Source of the DNA: an uncultured Marinilabiliaceae bacterium
GTDB taxonomy: Bacteria; Bacteroidota; Bacteroidia; Bacteroidales; Marinilabiliaceae
Direction of reading: 5' to 3'
Assembly: GCA_937920475.1 (NCBI GenBank)
Contig: CALEUX010000035.1
Coordinates: forward strand, 2,981 to 66,980
Length of the DNA: 64,000 nucleotides
Shown here: positions 39,877-49,944 of the stretch, one piece after another
Position numbering within the stretch: the first letter of the stretch is position 1
How the letters are laid out: each line of letters starts with the position of its first letter
Notes under the pieces: generated by a model
The model's input: only the letters and a program-made list of their open reading frames with translations
Told to the model about the DNA's origin: nothing
The model's database searches: none
Made by a program: the position numbers and the translations under genes

Positions 39877-39970
39877 ACAACCGCAAAGGTCGCAATGATT
39901 TTTCGCATGGTTGCAAGGTGTTGATTGTTAGGCCTTGCAAAAGCTTTATTGGGGCGACCTTTGCGGTTGT
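39877..39970. repeat. Nested inverted repeat (perfect 17-bp outer stem with an inner 8-bp stem) between sppA and lpxK
   Basis: ACAACCGCAAAGGTCGC (39877-39893) is the exact reverse complement of GCGACCTTTGCGGTTGT (39954-39970). Inner pair is TTGCAAGG (39911-39918) / CCTTGCAA (39933-39940). Confidence 0.65.
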
Positions 39971-40052
39971 TTATAACTCAAATTAAACTTAACAAATTCG
40001 ATGTATTTAAATTTATCCGCTAAAATTCTATCTCAACACTACTTTTTTTAGT

Positions 40053-41822
40053 TTAATTTACACTGATATCAAAAGGAATGCGTGCCTGAACCGGGTAACC
40101 TGTTTTTAGGTCGTTTACGGTTTTCAGAATTTTGTATTCTTCTCCAAATAACATGGTTCCAATGCGTGCCGAAGCTTCGCCGGAAAGGTCTTTAATAAGT
40201 TGTTCAATTGGAGAAAGCATCTCAGGTAATTCTTCGATACGATAAGTTTCAAGATTCGCCATTCGGGCAGCTATGGCAATGGCATCATCAATACCTCCAA
40301 GTTTGTCAACCAATTTTATTTCAAGGGCATTTTCACCACTCCATACGCGCCCTTCGCCAACTTTACCGATTTCATTTTTAGTGGTTTTTCTTCCATCGGC
40401 ACAACGAACCAGAAAAACATCGTAAAAGCGCTCTATATAGGCTTGCATCAAAACTTTTTCATCAGCAGTAAACGGTCGGTCAAGAGCAGGCATATCCGAA
40501 AAGGTATTTGTTGTTACCCTGTCGGTAGTAACACCAATTTTTTTAAGTAAACCTTTTGTGTTTGGAATCATTCCAAAAACACCAATGCTACCTGTCAGGG
40601 TATTGGGGTGTGCCACAATGCTGTCGGCAGCACATGCAATGTAATAACCTCCTGAAGCGGCCAAATCGCTCATTGAAACCACAAAAGGTTTGGTTTCTTT
40701 GGCCAGTTTAACTTCGCGCCAGATGATTTCTGACCCTAAGCCGGAACCACCGGGAGAGTTAATGCGCAAAACAATGGCTTTAATTGAACTGTCGCGACGG
40801 GCTTCACGGATGGTGCGGGAAAGTTTATCGGCCTGAATGCCGCCACTTCCTGTGCTTCCATCAACAATTTCGCCTTCGGCATAAATAACAGCAATTTTAT
40901 TCTTCTCCAAACCTTTTTTCTTTCCCGGAACATATACCTGTGCATATTTTTTAAGGTTGATGGCATTCAGATCGTCCTTTTGAGCCGTGCCTGTCAACTC
41001 TTTCAGCATATCAATGATTTCATCCTTGTACTTAAATCCATCAATAAGGCCAGAGGCTAACAGAACGGAGTCTTCGCGGAACATGGGCATCAGGTTGGCT
41101 GTCTGGTTGAGCGATTCAGCGCTAACGCCTCTTGATTCCGACATTTTAACCAACATATGGTTCCACATGGAGTTGATGTAGGTTTGAGCCTGTAATCTGG
41201 CTGCATCGCTCATGGATTCGAGCAGAAAAGGTTCTACAGCCGATTTAAATTCACCATGTTTAAATACCTGCATTTCTACCCCAAGTTTTTCAAGGGTTCC
41301 TTTAAAAAAGGTGTGAACCGAACTTAATCCTTTAAACTCAAGCATTCCAGTTGGGTTTAAAAAGATTTTATCGCCAGCGCTGGCTAGGTAATACGACCGC
41401 TGAGTGTAAATGGGCGCATAACTGTAAACAAACTTGCCCGACTCTCTGAAATCGAGGAGGGCATTCCTAATTTCTTCAATGGTGGCATAACCAGCGGTCA
41501 TTAATCCAGATTCCAGGTAAATACCTTTTATCCGGTCGTCGTTCTTGGCTTTTTTAATGGATGCCAAAATCTGATTTAGCCCAATAGGGTTCTGTTGTCC
41601 CGATAAGCCTGACATCAGTTCGCTTAATGGATCTTCAACAGCCCTTTCGTTGATGGGAGTATTGAGTTCCAATACCAGGATGGTATTATCCTTTACTGAA
41701 ATTTCTTTACTCCCCGACGAGGCTAAAATGCCAATAAACATGAAGATTCCAACGAGGAAGAAAAATGCGGACACCAATGATCCGAGCACTACTGCCAGAA
41801 AATACTTAAAAAATTTACTCAT
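40053..41822 (-). CDS. sppA: Signal peptide peptidase SppA, 67K type
   Basis: N-terminal TM and two ClpP/crotonase-like S49 repeats (INSPGGS, ASGGYYIA). Confidence 0.9.
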   Translation of the reverse strand: MSKFFKYFLAVVLGSLVSAFFFLVGIFMFIGILASSGSKEISVKDNTILVLELNTPINERAVEDPLSELMSGLSGQQNPIGLNQILASIKKAKNDDRIKGIYLESGLMTAGYATIEEIRNALLDFRESGKFVYSYAPIYTQRSYYLASAGDKIFLNPTGMLEFKGLSSVHTFFKGTLEKLGVEMQVFKHGEFKSAVEPFLLESMSDAARLQAQTYINSMWNHMLVKMSESRGVSAESLNQTANLMPMFREDSVLLASGLIDGFKYKDEIIDMLKELTGTAQKDDLNAINLKKYAQVYVPGKKKGLEKNKIAVIYAEGEIVDGSTGSGGIQADKLSRTIREARRDSSIKAIVLRINSPGGSGLGSEIIWREVKLAKETKPFVVSMSDLAASGGYYIACAADSIVAHPNTLTGSIGVFGMIPNTKGLLKKIGVTTDRVTTNTFSDMPALDRPFTADEKVLMQAYIERFYDVFLVRCADGRKTTKNEIGKVGEGRVWSGENALEIKLVDKLGGIDDAIAIAARMANLETYRIEELPEMLSPIEQLIKDLSGEASARIGTMLFGEEYKILKTVNDLKTGYPVQARIPFDISVN

Positions 41823-42084
41823 AGTTAATGGTTTTTAATGGGTTAGCCGAATTTTATCTGTAAGGTTCGATTAAAAATGAGACAAAAACAAATCCGGCTA
41901 CAATTTACTGAGAGACAAGGAATTTTTTCGAATTCTAACGGCTAATTTACAAAAATGCATTGGAACATCAATACCTCCTTTTTTATTCTTTTTCTATGCG
42001 CGAATCTTTGTATGTTTAGGTTTGGTTTTAATAATGAGAATAATCTCTAAACAGACGCTTATTTTTACAGCAAATTAGTTAGTT

Positions 42085-42576
42085 ATGACACACAGAACGC
42101 TCATTTTACTTGGAGGCAACCTAGCGGAGACCAGGATACTTTTTGAAAAAACGATGCAGTTATTGCCAAAATTTGTTGGTGAGATTGTTAAAGTGTCGTC
42201 GGTTTATGAAAGTGCGCCATGGGGGTTCGAGGCCGAAAGTAACTTCTTTAATCAAGTGGTGGAAGTGATTACCAGTTTACAACCTGATGCACAGTTATCG
42301 GCTTTGCTGGACATTGAAAAAATATTGGGGCGACAAAGAAAACGCCACGGAACTTATGAATCCCGTGGCATTGATTTGGATATTTTGTTTATTGATGATT
42401 GTATTATAGAAACTGACACTTTAACTGTGCCTCATCCCAGACTGCATTTGCGTCGCTTTACGCTGGAGCCTTTATGCGAATGTTGGGCAGAAATGATTCA
42501 TCCGGTTTTTAAGAAACCCTTGCTGAAACTGTTGAATGAATGTTCCGATAAGGGTTTGGTAAAACGTTGCACTTGA
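42085..42576 (+). CDS. folK: 2-amino-4-hydroxy-6-hydroxymethyldihydropteridine diphosphokinase
   Basis: GGN..., SSVYESAPWGF, RGIDLDILF and VPHPRLHLRRF are HPPK motifs. Confidence 0.9.
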   Translation: MTHRTLILLGGNLAETRILFEKTMQLLPKFVGEIVKVSSVYESAPWGFEAESNFFNQVVEVITSLQPDAQLSALLDIEKILGRQRKRHGTYESRGIDLDILFIDDCIIETDTLTVPHPRLHLRRFTLEPLCECWAEMIHPVFKKPLLKLLNECSDKGLVKRCT

Positions 42577-42577
42577 T

Positions 42578-43231
42578 TTAAAGTTTAGCACCATAGGCCA
42601 AATCGCCGGCATCGCCCAAGCCTGGAACAATATACGACTTGGCATTGAGTTCTTCGTCAACACCTGCCAGCCAGAGCGTTACCGGCTCATCTTTTAACAT
42701 GTTTTCAATGTAATCAACACCTGCCTGACTTGCAATAATACTTACCAAATGCACATGAGCAGGATGCCCGTTTGCTTTCAGGGCATTATAGGCCAGTTCG
42801 AGCGATGAACCGGTGGCCAGCATTGGGTCGGCCAAAATCAGCGTTTTACCGGTTAAATCGGGCCCTGAAATGTACTCTATATGGATATCGAAGTGGCCTT
42901 CGTCGGTATATTTGCGGTAAGCCGATACAAAAGCATTTTCAGCCCGATCGAAAAAATTTAGCAACCCGTTGTGCAAGGGTACGCCGGCACGTAGAATGGA
43001 AGCCAAAACAATATCTTCGCACGGGAAAAATTCAGTTGCAAAGCCAAGCGGTGTTTGCACTTGCTGTTCTTTATAGGTTAAAGTTTTGCTGATTTCGTAA
43101 GCAAAAATTTCACCAATGCGTTCCATGTTGCGACGAAATCTTAAAGGGTCAAGCTGAATGCTGCAATCGCGCATTTCGGCTACGAATTTATTTAAAAGAC
43201 TTGGAGCGTGATTAATGTGTTTAATTTCCAT
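42578..43231 (-). CDS. upp: Uracil phosphoribosyltransferase
   Basis: ILRAG, the PRPP-binding loop LILADPMLATGSS, and the C-terminal YIVPGLGDAGD. Confidence 0.9.
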   Translation of the reverse strand: MEIKHINHAPSLLNKFVAEMRDCSIQLDPLRFRRNMERIGEIFAYEISKTLTYKEQQVQTPLGFATEFFPCEDIVLASILRAGVPLHNGLLNFFDRAENAFVSAYRKYTDEGHFDIHIEYISGPDLTGKTLILADPMLATGSSLELAYNALKANGHPAHVHLVSIIASQAGVDYIENMLKDEPVTLWLAGVDEELNAKSYIVPGLGDAGDLAYGAKL

Positions 43232-43354
43232 CAGACTGATTTTTGATGTAAAAATAATGGATATTGGTGGAATGGCATTATTTATGGCTTAAATAAGAAC
43301 AATAGATCGTTAGGTTTTTAGATTATTAGACAGAAAGCTCATTCATATTTCTGA

Positions 43355-44281
43355 TTATTTTAGTTTCCATTTAATTTTTTCTGCAAGTTTAAATGTTGGC
43401 ACAATTAGCTTCATTAGAGGATGTTGCCATTGGTAATAAGGTTCAATGCCACTGCCAAAGCCCTTGTAAAATCTTGCAATGCTTTCAATGGATGAACCTT
43501 CAAAATCGAGCATAAGTTGCTGGCTGCAATTGCTTTCTATGATATGATTGATAATCATAAACATCGACTTGCTTTTCATCCCTTCGGCAGAAGAAACGCC
43601 CGACAAAAATGTAATGCGATAATTGTTCTTAAGAAAAAAGGCCATTGCTAAAACCTTGTCTTCATTATCTGCAACTCCAATAATGAATCCGTTTTTACGT
43701 GGGATGGCTTCATTGATGACTCTTTTTAAAATATTCAGACCTGTGTTATTAACAAGATATTGAGCATGTTGCCGGGTAAATTGTATAAAGCTATCAGGAG
43801 AAATGTCCGTTTTAAGATGAGCCCGGTACCCGTTGGCTTTTTTTATATTTCGAGAACAATTATGACTGAACGCTTCTCTTAAACTCTGATAGTCTGTATT
43901 TAAACAAAGGGTATGGTTCTGCTTTAGTGTTAGATGTAACCCCTCAGGTAACGGCTGTTTGTTATTCAGGTTCAGATGAAACAGTTTCCTTTTAATGAGC
44001 CTGTAGAAAGCGTTGGCGAGTTCTTTACTGATGTAGGTGGCCGAAAAAATGCCAAGTTGCTGAATGTTTAATGGTTGCACAATTAACGAAAGGCCCATTT
44101 TCTTAACAATTGGAACCGGCATCACTGCGTTATAGTCATCAAAAATAATAGCCATCCAATGGGGCGAAGCCAAATCCAGATACCAGCTTTCGGCTGTTAA
44201 TAATGGGTGTGAACTCTGCCTGATACAGGCATCCCATTTTTCCTTATTGATTTGTTGGTGAGATAATAGTTGCAGATTCAC
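43355..44281 (-). CDS. GNAT/FemAB-like acetyltransferase-fold protein (start uncertain)
   Basis: N-terminal ...INKEKWDACI...WYLD... and C-terminal LDFEGSSIESIARFYKGFG resemble the BioF2-like/Acetyltransf_6 family. The ATG at 44344 would overlap radC by 38 nt, so GTG 44281 was preferred. Confidence 0.5.
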   Translation of the reverse strand: MNLQLLSHQQINKEKWDACIRQSSHPLLTAESWYLDLASPHWMAIIFDDYNAVMPVPIVKKMGLSLIVQPLNIQQLGIFSATYISKELANAFYRLIKRKLFHLNLNNKQPLPEGLHLTLKQNHTLCLNTDYQSLREAFSHNCSRNIKKANGYRAHLKTDISPDSFIQFTRQHAQYLVNNTGLNILKRVINEAIPRKNGFIIGVADNEDKVLAMAFFLKNNYRITFLSGVSSAEGMKSKSMFMIINHIIESNCSQQLMLDFEGSSIESIARFYKGFGSGIEPYYQWQHPLMKLIVPTFKLAEKIKWKLK

Positions 44282-44306
44282 AAAATAACGTTTAGTAACA
44301 ATCAAA

Positions 44307-45005
44307 TCAGAGCAGGCCCTCATCGGCAAAACTAAAGTAGCCATTTTCGGTTACAATAAGATGGTCGAGCACCGGAATCTCCATTATTTTACCGGCTTCT
44401 TTTAATTTTTTGGTAATCTGGATATCTGCTTCGCTGGGTTGTGTATTGCCCGAAGGGTGGTTGTGACACAAAACAATGGATGAGGCATTATTTTCAAGCG
44501 CCTTTTTAAGAATTAACCTTACATCAATAACGGTTCCTGTTATTCCACCCTTGCTGATATTGAACTGGTGTCGCACTTTATTGGCGCGGTTCAGCAGTGT
44601 TATCCAGAATTCTTCGTGAGGCAAATCGGCAATTACTGGGCGGTACAGGTTAAATACATCCTGACTGCTTTTAACCACAGGCATTTCCAACGATTGGTGA
44701 AGTAATCTTCTGCGGCCCAGTTCCATGGCGGCAACTATGCTAACGGCTTTTGCTTCCCCAACACCATGAAACCTGTTTTTTAAATCTTCGATGGTGGCTT
44801 TACCCAATTCGTTAAGATTATTTTTAAACCCGGCCATAATTTTTCGTGCCAGTTCAACGGCCGATTCTTTAGTGCTGCCCGAGCCAATGAGTATGGCTAC
44901 CAATTCTGCATCGGATAATGAGGCAATGCCTTTTTGAATCATTTTTTCGCGGGGACGATCTTCAACCGCCAGTTCTTTAATGCCAATTTTATAATATTCA
45001 GCCAT
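44307..45005 (-). CDS. radC: RadC-family JAB/MPN domain protein
   Basis: DRPREKM, an HhH-like LSDAELVAILIGSG, and the JAMM motif HNHPSG..PSEAD. Confidence 0.85.
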   Translation of the reverse strand: MAEYYKIGIKELAVEDRPREKMIQKGIASLSDAELVAILIGSGSTKESAVELARKIMAGFKNNLNELGKATIEDLKNRFHGVGEAKAVSIVAAMELGRRRLLHQSLEMPVVKSSQDVFNLYRPVIADLPHEEFWITLLNRANKVRHQFNISKGGITGTVIDVRLILKKALENNASSIVLCHNHPSGNTQPSEADIQITKKLKEAGKIMEIPVLDHLIVTENGYFSFADEGLL

Positions 45006-45101
45006 ACAATGTTTTGGTCTCAATCTACAAAAAGTAATACAAATTGTAAATAGGGGCCAATTAACACCAACAAAAAAAGGCCTTTCCGTTTTGGAAAGAC
45101 C

Positions 45102-45176
45102 TGGCAGTCCCTAGGGGAATCGAACCCCTGTTTCAAGAATGAAAATCTTGCGTCCTAACCCCTAGACGAAGGGACC
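45102..45176 (-). tRNA. tRNA-Glu (anticodon UUC), genomically encoded CCA
   Basis: The reverse complement folds as a cloverleaf: GGUCCCU UC GUCUAGGGGUUAGGAC G CAAGA UUUUCAU UCUUG AAAC AGGGG UUCGAUU CCCCU AGGGACU G CCA. Confidence 0.9.
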
Positions 45177-45190
45177 TTAATCAGCGTAGC

Positions 45191-45445
45191 TTATGCTAAG
45201 CTGTTAATGTGCTTGGCAAGGCTCGACTTTAGGTTCGAAGCTTTGTTTTTATGAATTACATTCTTTTTGGCAAGCTTATCGAGCATGGCAACTACTTTTG
45301 GATACAAGGCAGTTGCTTCCTCTTTTACCGTGGTGCTACGCAAAGCTTTAACTGCATTACGGGTTGTTTTAGCGTAATACTTATTGTGAACATTGCGGGT
45401 TTCAGTTTGCCTGATTCTTTTCTTTGCTGACTGATGATTTGCCAT
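45191..45445 (-). CDS. rpsT: 30S ribosomal protein S20
   Basis: [13 protein letters not shown]...HKNKASN... 84 aa and basic. Confidence 0.95.
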   Translation of the reverse strand: MANHQSAKKRIRQTETRNVHNKYYAKTTRNAVKALRSTTVKEEATALYPKVVAMLDKLAKKNVIHKNKASNLKSSLAKHINSLA

Positions 45446-45486
45446 CTTTTCTAAGTATAAAATAGGTACTTTTGTTTTTTTATTTG

Positions 45487-45558
45487 CAGTCCCTAGGGGA
45501 ATCGAACCCCTGTTTCAAGAATGAAAATCTTGCGTCCTAACCCCTAGACGAAGGGACC
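45487..45558 (-). tRNA. tRNA-Glu (anticodon UUC), second identical copy without encoded CCA
   Basis: 45486-45558 is identical to 45104-45176. The discriminator G is followed by CAA rather than CCA. Confidence 0.9.
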
Positions 45559-45662
45559 ATTAAAATCCTGTCTGGATCTTTTTTAATTTGCGGATGCAAA
45601 GATAGAGTAAAAATTACATCCTCCAAATATCTGTTTCAAAAAAATGCAAAAAAGAATCGGTT

Positions 45663-45786
45663 TATGAGTTCTTAACAGATTTTGAATCTGTTATACATAG
45701 CGTTCATCCATGGTAGTTCATAGTTTTCAGGAACTAAGATGTAAGAACTAAGGGTTAATAACCAACAACATTCTTCTAATTATGAT
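45663..45786. repeat. Word-repeat element upstream of metK (AGTTC words then GAACTAA words, ending in CTTCTAATTATGAT)
   Basis: GAGTTCTTAAC and GTAGTTCATAGTT are followed by GGAACTAAG and AGAACTAAG. The 14-mer CTTCTAATTATGAT (45773-45786) recurs at 47629-47642. Confidence 0.4.
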
Positions 45787-45854
45787 ACACGAGACAATAG
45801 TTAACATTGAAAATTTTTCCAATATAAAAAAAAGATGTTACTTTGCAATGTATT

Positions 45855-45905
45855 AAGTGGAGGGATTTGGCCGATTGCAACCACTCAAAAAAAGTGCTAA
45901 AACGC
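45855..45905 (+). promoter_or_regulatory. Candidate SAM-II/SAM-V-like pseudoknot riboswitch upstream of metK
   Basis: GUGG-AGGGAUUUGGCCGAUUGCAA-CCAC-UCAAAAAAAGUGCUAAAAC. P1 is GUGG/CCAC. The loop UUUGGC can pair with the 3' GCUAAA. The UUGC and A-rich AAAG(U)GCU blocks resemble my recollection of the SAM-II consensus. A -7-like box TTACTTTG lies about 12 nt upstream. Confidence 0.35.
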
Positions 45906-45991
45906 ATGTTTTTGACTTCTCTTCTGCTGTCCCTTTACACCTTTTTAAGTGTTTAATTGCTTTATTTATAAGGCGCAATAATTTTATGTTT

Positions 45992-47239
45992 ATGGGATAT
46001 TTATTTACATCCGAATCAGTTTCGGAAGGGCATCCTGATAAAGTAGCTGATCAGATTTCTGATGCTTTGCTGGATGAGTTTTTAAGGCAGGATTCAAATT
46101 CGCGTGTTGCCTGTGAAACCTTGGTAACCACTGGGCTGGTGGTTTTAAGTGGTGAGGTAAAAACCACTGGATACGTACCGGTTCAGAACATTGCACGTCG
46201 GGTAATTGAACGCATTGGTTATACCAAGGCTGAATATATGTTCGATTCAGGTTCGTGTGGTGTAATTTCTTCCATTCATGAACAATCGGCGGATATTAAT
46301 CGTGGCGTTGATCGGGAAAGTGAAGAAACCCAGGGAGCTGGCGACCAGGGCATGATGTTTGGTTATGCATGTAAGGATACCGAAGAATATATGCCTTTGC
46401 CGCTGCATTTATCGCATTTACTTTTGATGGAGTTGGCAGCCATACGAAAAGAAGGGAAAGTAATGACTTACCTGCGTCCCGATTCAAAATCGCAGGTTAC
46501 ACTTGAATACAGCGATGACAACACCCCAATTAGGGTGCACACCATTGTTGTTTCAACGCAACACGACCCCTTTGCCGATGATGATACTATGCAGGCAACC
46601 ATTAAAAAGGATGTGCAAAATATTTTAATCCCAAGAGTTAAGAAGAAACTCAATTCTGACATCGCCGGTTTGTTCGATCATTATATTTTGCATGTGAACC
46701 CAACCGGGAAATTTGTTATTGGTGGCCCACATGGCGATACCGGCTTAACAGGCCGCAAAATTATTGTTGATACCTATGGTGGCAAAGGTGCTCATGGTGG
46801 TGGTGCTTTTTCCGGAAAAGACAGCTCCAAAGTTGACCGGTCTGCAGCTTATGCTGCTCGCCATATTGCCAAAAACATGGTAGCCGCAGGTGTGGCCGAT
46901 GAGGTTTTGGTTCAGGTAGCCTATGCCATTGGGGTGGCCGAGCCTGTAGGTTTATATGTAAACACCTATGGGTCTGCCAAAGTAAAAATGAACGATGGCG
47001 AAATTGCTTCACGTATTCAAAAACTGTTTGATTTGCGTCCGGGCATAATTATAAAGCGATTTGGTTTGAAAAATCCAATTTTTGAACCCACTGCAGCATA
47101 TGGTCACATGGGACGTAAACCATATAAAGAAAAAGTGAAAGTTTGGGAAAATGGCGTAGAGTTAGAGAAAGAAGTTGAATTCTTTACGTGGGAAAAACTT
47201 GATTACGTGGATGTTATTCGGAAAGAGTTTGGTCTATAA
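45992..47239 (+). CDS. metK: S-adenosylmethionine synthase
   Basis: [34 protein letters not shown] and GGGAFSGKD motifs. Start is ATG 45986 or 45992, not the GTG at 45857. Confidence 0.95.
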   Translation: MGYLFTSESVSEGHPDKVADQISDALLDEFLRQDSNSRVACETLVTTGLVVLSGEVKTTGYVPVQNIARRVIERIGYTKAEYMFDSGSCGVISSIHEQSADINRGVDRESEETQGAGDQGMMFGYACKDTEEYMPLPLHLSHLLLMELAAIRKEGKVMTYLRPDSKSQVTLEYSDDNTPIRVHTIVVSTQHDPFADDDTMQATIKKDVQNILIPRVKKKLNSDIAGLFDHYILHVNPTGKFVIGGPHGDTGLTGRKIIVDTYGGKGAHGGGAFSGKDSSKVDRSAAYAARHIAKNMVAAGVADEVLVQVAYAIGVAEPVGLYVNTYGSAKVKMNDGEIASRIQKLFDLRPGIIIKRFGLKNPIFEPTAAYGHMGRKPYKEKVKVWENGVELEKEVEFFTWEKLDYVDVIRKEFGL

Positions 47240-47516
47240 CCTGAACATTTCTAAAATATTAGCCTGTCCAGAACATAATAATTTTTCAGGCTGGATTTAA
47301 TAAGGCATTGGAATATTTCAATGTAGATTGTTGATTAATAAAAAACGGACGCATTTCTGTTAATGCAGTTAAATTCAGCTGTGTAAATAGGATGCGTCTT
47401 TGTTTTTGTTTATTTTTGATAAAATGGCACTTTCCTTATACCTGTGATAGCCTGTATACGTAAAAAATTGTTTTATTTTACAGTCTCAAAAAAGCAATTT
47501 AACAACCTGAATAATG

Positions 47517-47642
47517 GGCTTAGTTCTAGTGACAAGTTAGCAGCAAATAGGCAGAAGGCAGAAGTTTTGTAGTTTCTGGTTCTTAGCTCCTGACAGCTAA
47601 CAGATAGGAACTAACAACTAAGCACTAGCTTCTAATTATGAT
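47517..47642. repeat. Word-repeat element downstream of metK (TTAGTT(C) words then (G)AACTAA words, ending in CTTCTAATTATGAT)
   Basis: GCTTAGTTCTAGT, AAGTTAGC, GTAGTTTC and GTTCTTAGCT are followed by AGCTAAC, GGAACTAAC and AACTAAGC. Shares a 14-mer with 45773-45786. Confidence 0.4.
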
Positions 47643-47743
47643 TGACATGTCACTAATTTATTGAGTTTAGATTATGAATTGAAGAATAATCTGTGTGTCT
47701 TTAATTCATAATCAGGGAATGGTAATTTTCAATATATAGCTGA

Positions 47744-48787
47744 ATGAAGAACCTGGTTCTTACAGTTGATTATGAATTGTTTTTCGGGAGTGATCCCGGA
47801 ACGGTTGAGAATTGCATGATTCGTCCAACCCGGCGTATCGCGGAAGTTTTAAGAGAGTATGGATGCAAAATGACCATTTTCTGGGATATCATGCACTTTT
47901 ACCGTTTAAAGGAGTTGGAAAGCGAAGTGAAGGACCTTCGTTTTGACCGCGAGATAATTGAAAAACAGATTCGCTGGCTAATTCGTGAAGGACACGATGT
48001 ACAGCTTCAGATTTATCCTCATTGGCTTGATGCAATCTATAAAAATAACCGTTGGTACTTTTCGTACAACCGTTTCTCACTGGCTCGTTTGTGGGATAAT
48101 CCAGATGCTGACGATGTGCAAACGGTGATGGGATGTATTACAAAAGCTAAAAATCTGATGGAAGAAATATGCCGGAAAGAAGACCCTACATATCGGGTAA
48201 GGGCTTTTCGGGCAGGCGGGTATAGGGTTGAGCCTTTCGAAAGGATTGCTGAAGCCTTATATGCCAACAATATTCTGGTAGACTCCTCGGCGGCCTATGG
48301 CATGAAAAGCCGCACGCCAATATCACCGTTTGATTTTACACGGTTACCCCGGTATTTACATTACCGGTTCGATAACAACCTTTTAATACACAATCCTGAA
48401 GGCCGTTTTTGGGAATTTACGAAAGAAACCATTAAGGTGCCTTTCTATATGCGATTCTTTTTTTACTTTTTAAGAAGCTTCTTTTATAAAGGGAAAGGGC
48501 GTTTTGGTGATGGGAAACGACTTGGATTTACTAAGAAAGAGCAATCGGGTCATTTATGGTCTAAAATAGGTTCCAGGTATGTGCGCTTAACCCCCGAAGA
48601 GATGGACCCCATTCGCTGGAGGTACCTTTACAGTAATGCACGTGAAAATGCAGTTGTGGTGCTTCATGCAAAAAACATGAGTCCCTTTACGGTTCAGATG
48701 TTACATCAGTCGCTCGAAAAAGGCGAATTAAGGTTTGTATCGTTAATTGACCGCATGAAAGAACTTAAAGTTTACGAGGATATTTAA
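47744..48787 (+). CDS. Polysaccharide deacetylase-like (CE4-superfamily-like) protein, first gene of a sugar-modification cluster
   Basis: The N-terminal LTVDYELFFG... pattern and the context next to wbp-like genes. The assignment is tentative. Confidence 0.4.
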   Translation: MKNLVLTVDYELFFGSDPGTVENCMIRPTRRIAEVLREYGCKMTIFWDIMHFYRLKELESEVKDLRFDREIIEKQIRWLIREGHDVQLQIYPHWLDAIYKNNRWYFSYNRFSLARLWDNPDADDVQTVMGCITKAKNLMEEICRKEDPTYRVRAFRAGGYRVEPFERIAEALYANNILVDSSAAYGMKSRTPISPFDFTRLPRYLHYRFDNNLLIHNPEGRFWEFTKETIKVPFYMRFFFYFLRSFFYKGKGRFGDGKRLGFTKKEQSGHLWSKIGSRYVRLTPEEMDPIRWRYLYSNARENAVVVLHAKNMSPFTVQMLHQSLEKGELRFVSLIDRMKELKVYEDI

Positions 48788-48803
48788 TTCTTGCTCTTTT
48801 TAT

Positions 48804-49943
48804 ATGGACAAAATTTCCATACCAATGAACGACTTGCATCTGCAATATCTCAAATTAAAAATCGGGATTGATGCTGCGGTATTGGATGTATTGAAAGGAG
48901 GGCAATACATTAATGGTACAGAAGTAAACCAGTTTTCGGAGGAGCTGGCAGACTACCTGAATGTACGACACGTAATTCCTTGTGCCAATGGTACAGATGC
49001 CATTCAGTTGGCATTAATGGCATTAAATCTTAAACCCGGTGATGAGGTTATTACTACCGCTTTCTCTTTTTTTGCAACAGCTGAGGCTATTGCTATTTTA
49101 GGGTTAATTCCCGTTTTTGCCGACATTGATCCAATCTCTTTTAATATAGACCCGAAGTCTGTAGAGTCGTTAATAACGTCCAAAACCAGATGTATTTTAC
49201 CGGTTCATTTGTTTGGTCAGGCTGCCAGTATGCCTGAGTTAGTAAACCTGGCAAACAAGCATCAATTGTTTATAGTAGAAGATGTGGCTCAGTCACTGGG
49301 TACAAATGCTTTGATTGAAAATACTGAAAAAAAACTTGGAACCATTGGCCATATTGGTTGTACATCGTTTTTTCCTACCAAAAACCTGGGTTGCTTTGGC
49401 GATGGTGGCGCCGTTATGACAAATGATTCAGAACTTGCCATCAAAATTAAAATGTTAGCCGTTCATGGGTCAAAACAACCATATAGGCATGAAATCATTG
49501 GTTTAAATTCCAGACTTGACACCATTCAGGCTGCCATTTTGAGGGTTAAGTTACCATATCTGAATGGTTTCATTATTGAACGGCAAAAAATAGCAGAAGC
49601 GTATATCAAAGAACTAAATAGCATTGACGACTTTATTGTTCCTGAAATTTCTGGGATTGCCAACCATTCGTTTAATCAATTCACCATTAGGATTAAAAAT
49701 GGCTTACGTGATGAGTTAAAAGATTATCTTTCTCAGAAAGGGATCTCAAGCAAGGTTTATTATCCGGTCCCGCTGGATCAACAAGTTGCCATGCAGGAAT
49801 TTATGAAAGGCCGGGCTATTTGTTCTGAGGCCGACAAAACCAGTAAAGAGGTACTGTCTCTTCCAATATACCCGGGACTACCAAATGAAAATATTCAACA
49901 CATTGTGCATACCATTCAAACATATTTCAAAGCAAGTATTTAA
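48804..49943 (+). CDS. DegT/DnrJ/EryC1/StrS family aminotransferase (WbpE-like)
   Basis: PLP-dependent sugar aminotransferase pattern ([34 protein letters not shown]). Confidence 0.9.
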   Translation: MDKISIPMNDLHLQYLKLKIGIDAAVLDVLKGGQYINGTEVNQFSEELADYLNVRHVIPCANGTDAIQLALMALNLKPGDEVITTAFSFFATAEAIAILGLIPVFADIDPISFNIDPKSVESLITSKTRCILPVHLFGQAASMPELVNLANKHQLFIVEDVAQSLGTNALIENTEKKLGTIGHIGCTSFFPTKNLGCFGDGGAVMTNDSELAIKIKMLAVHGSKQPYRHEIIGLNSRLDTIQAAILRVKLPYLNGFIIERQKIAEAYIKELNSIDDFIVPEISGIANHSFNQFTIRIKNGLRDELKDYLSQKGISSKVYYPVPLDQQVAMQEFMKGRAICSEADKTSKEVLSLPIYPGLPNENIQHIVHTIQTYFKASI

Positions 49944-49944
49944 G

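Noticed and set aside
43280-43350. TAGAT/TAGAC word cluster between upp and the GNAT-like gene, as a further copy of the palindromic element
   Set aside because: Only one arm-like stretch is present (GTTAGGTTTTTAGATTATTAGACAG), with no complementary arm or shared core.
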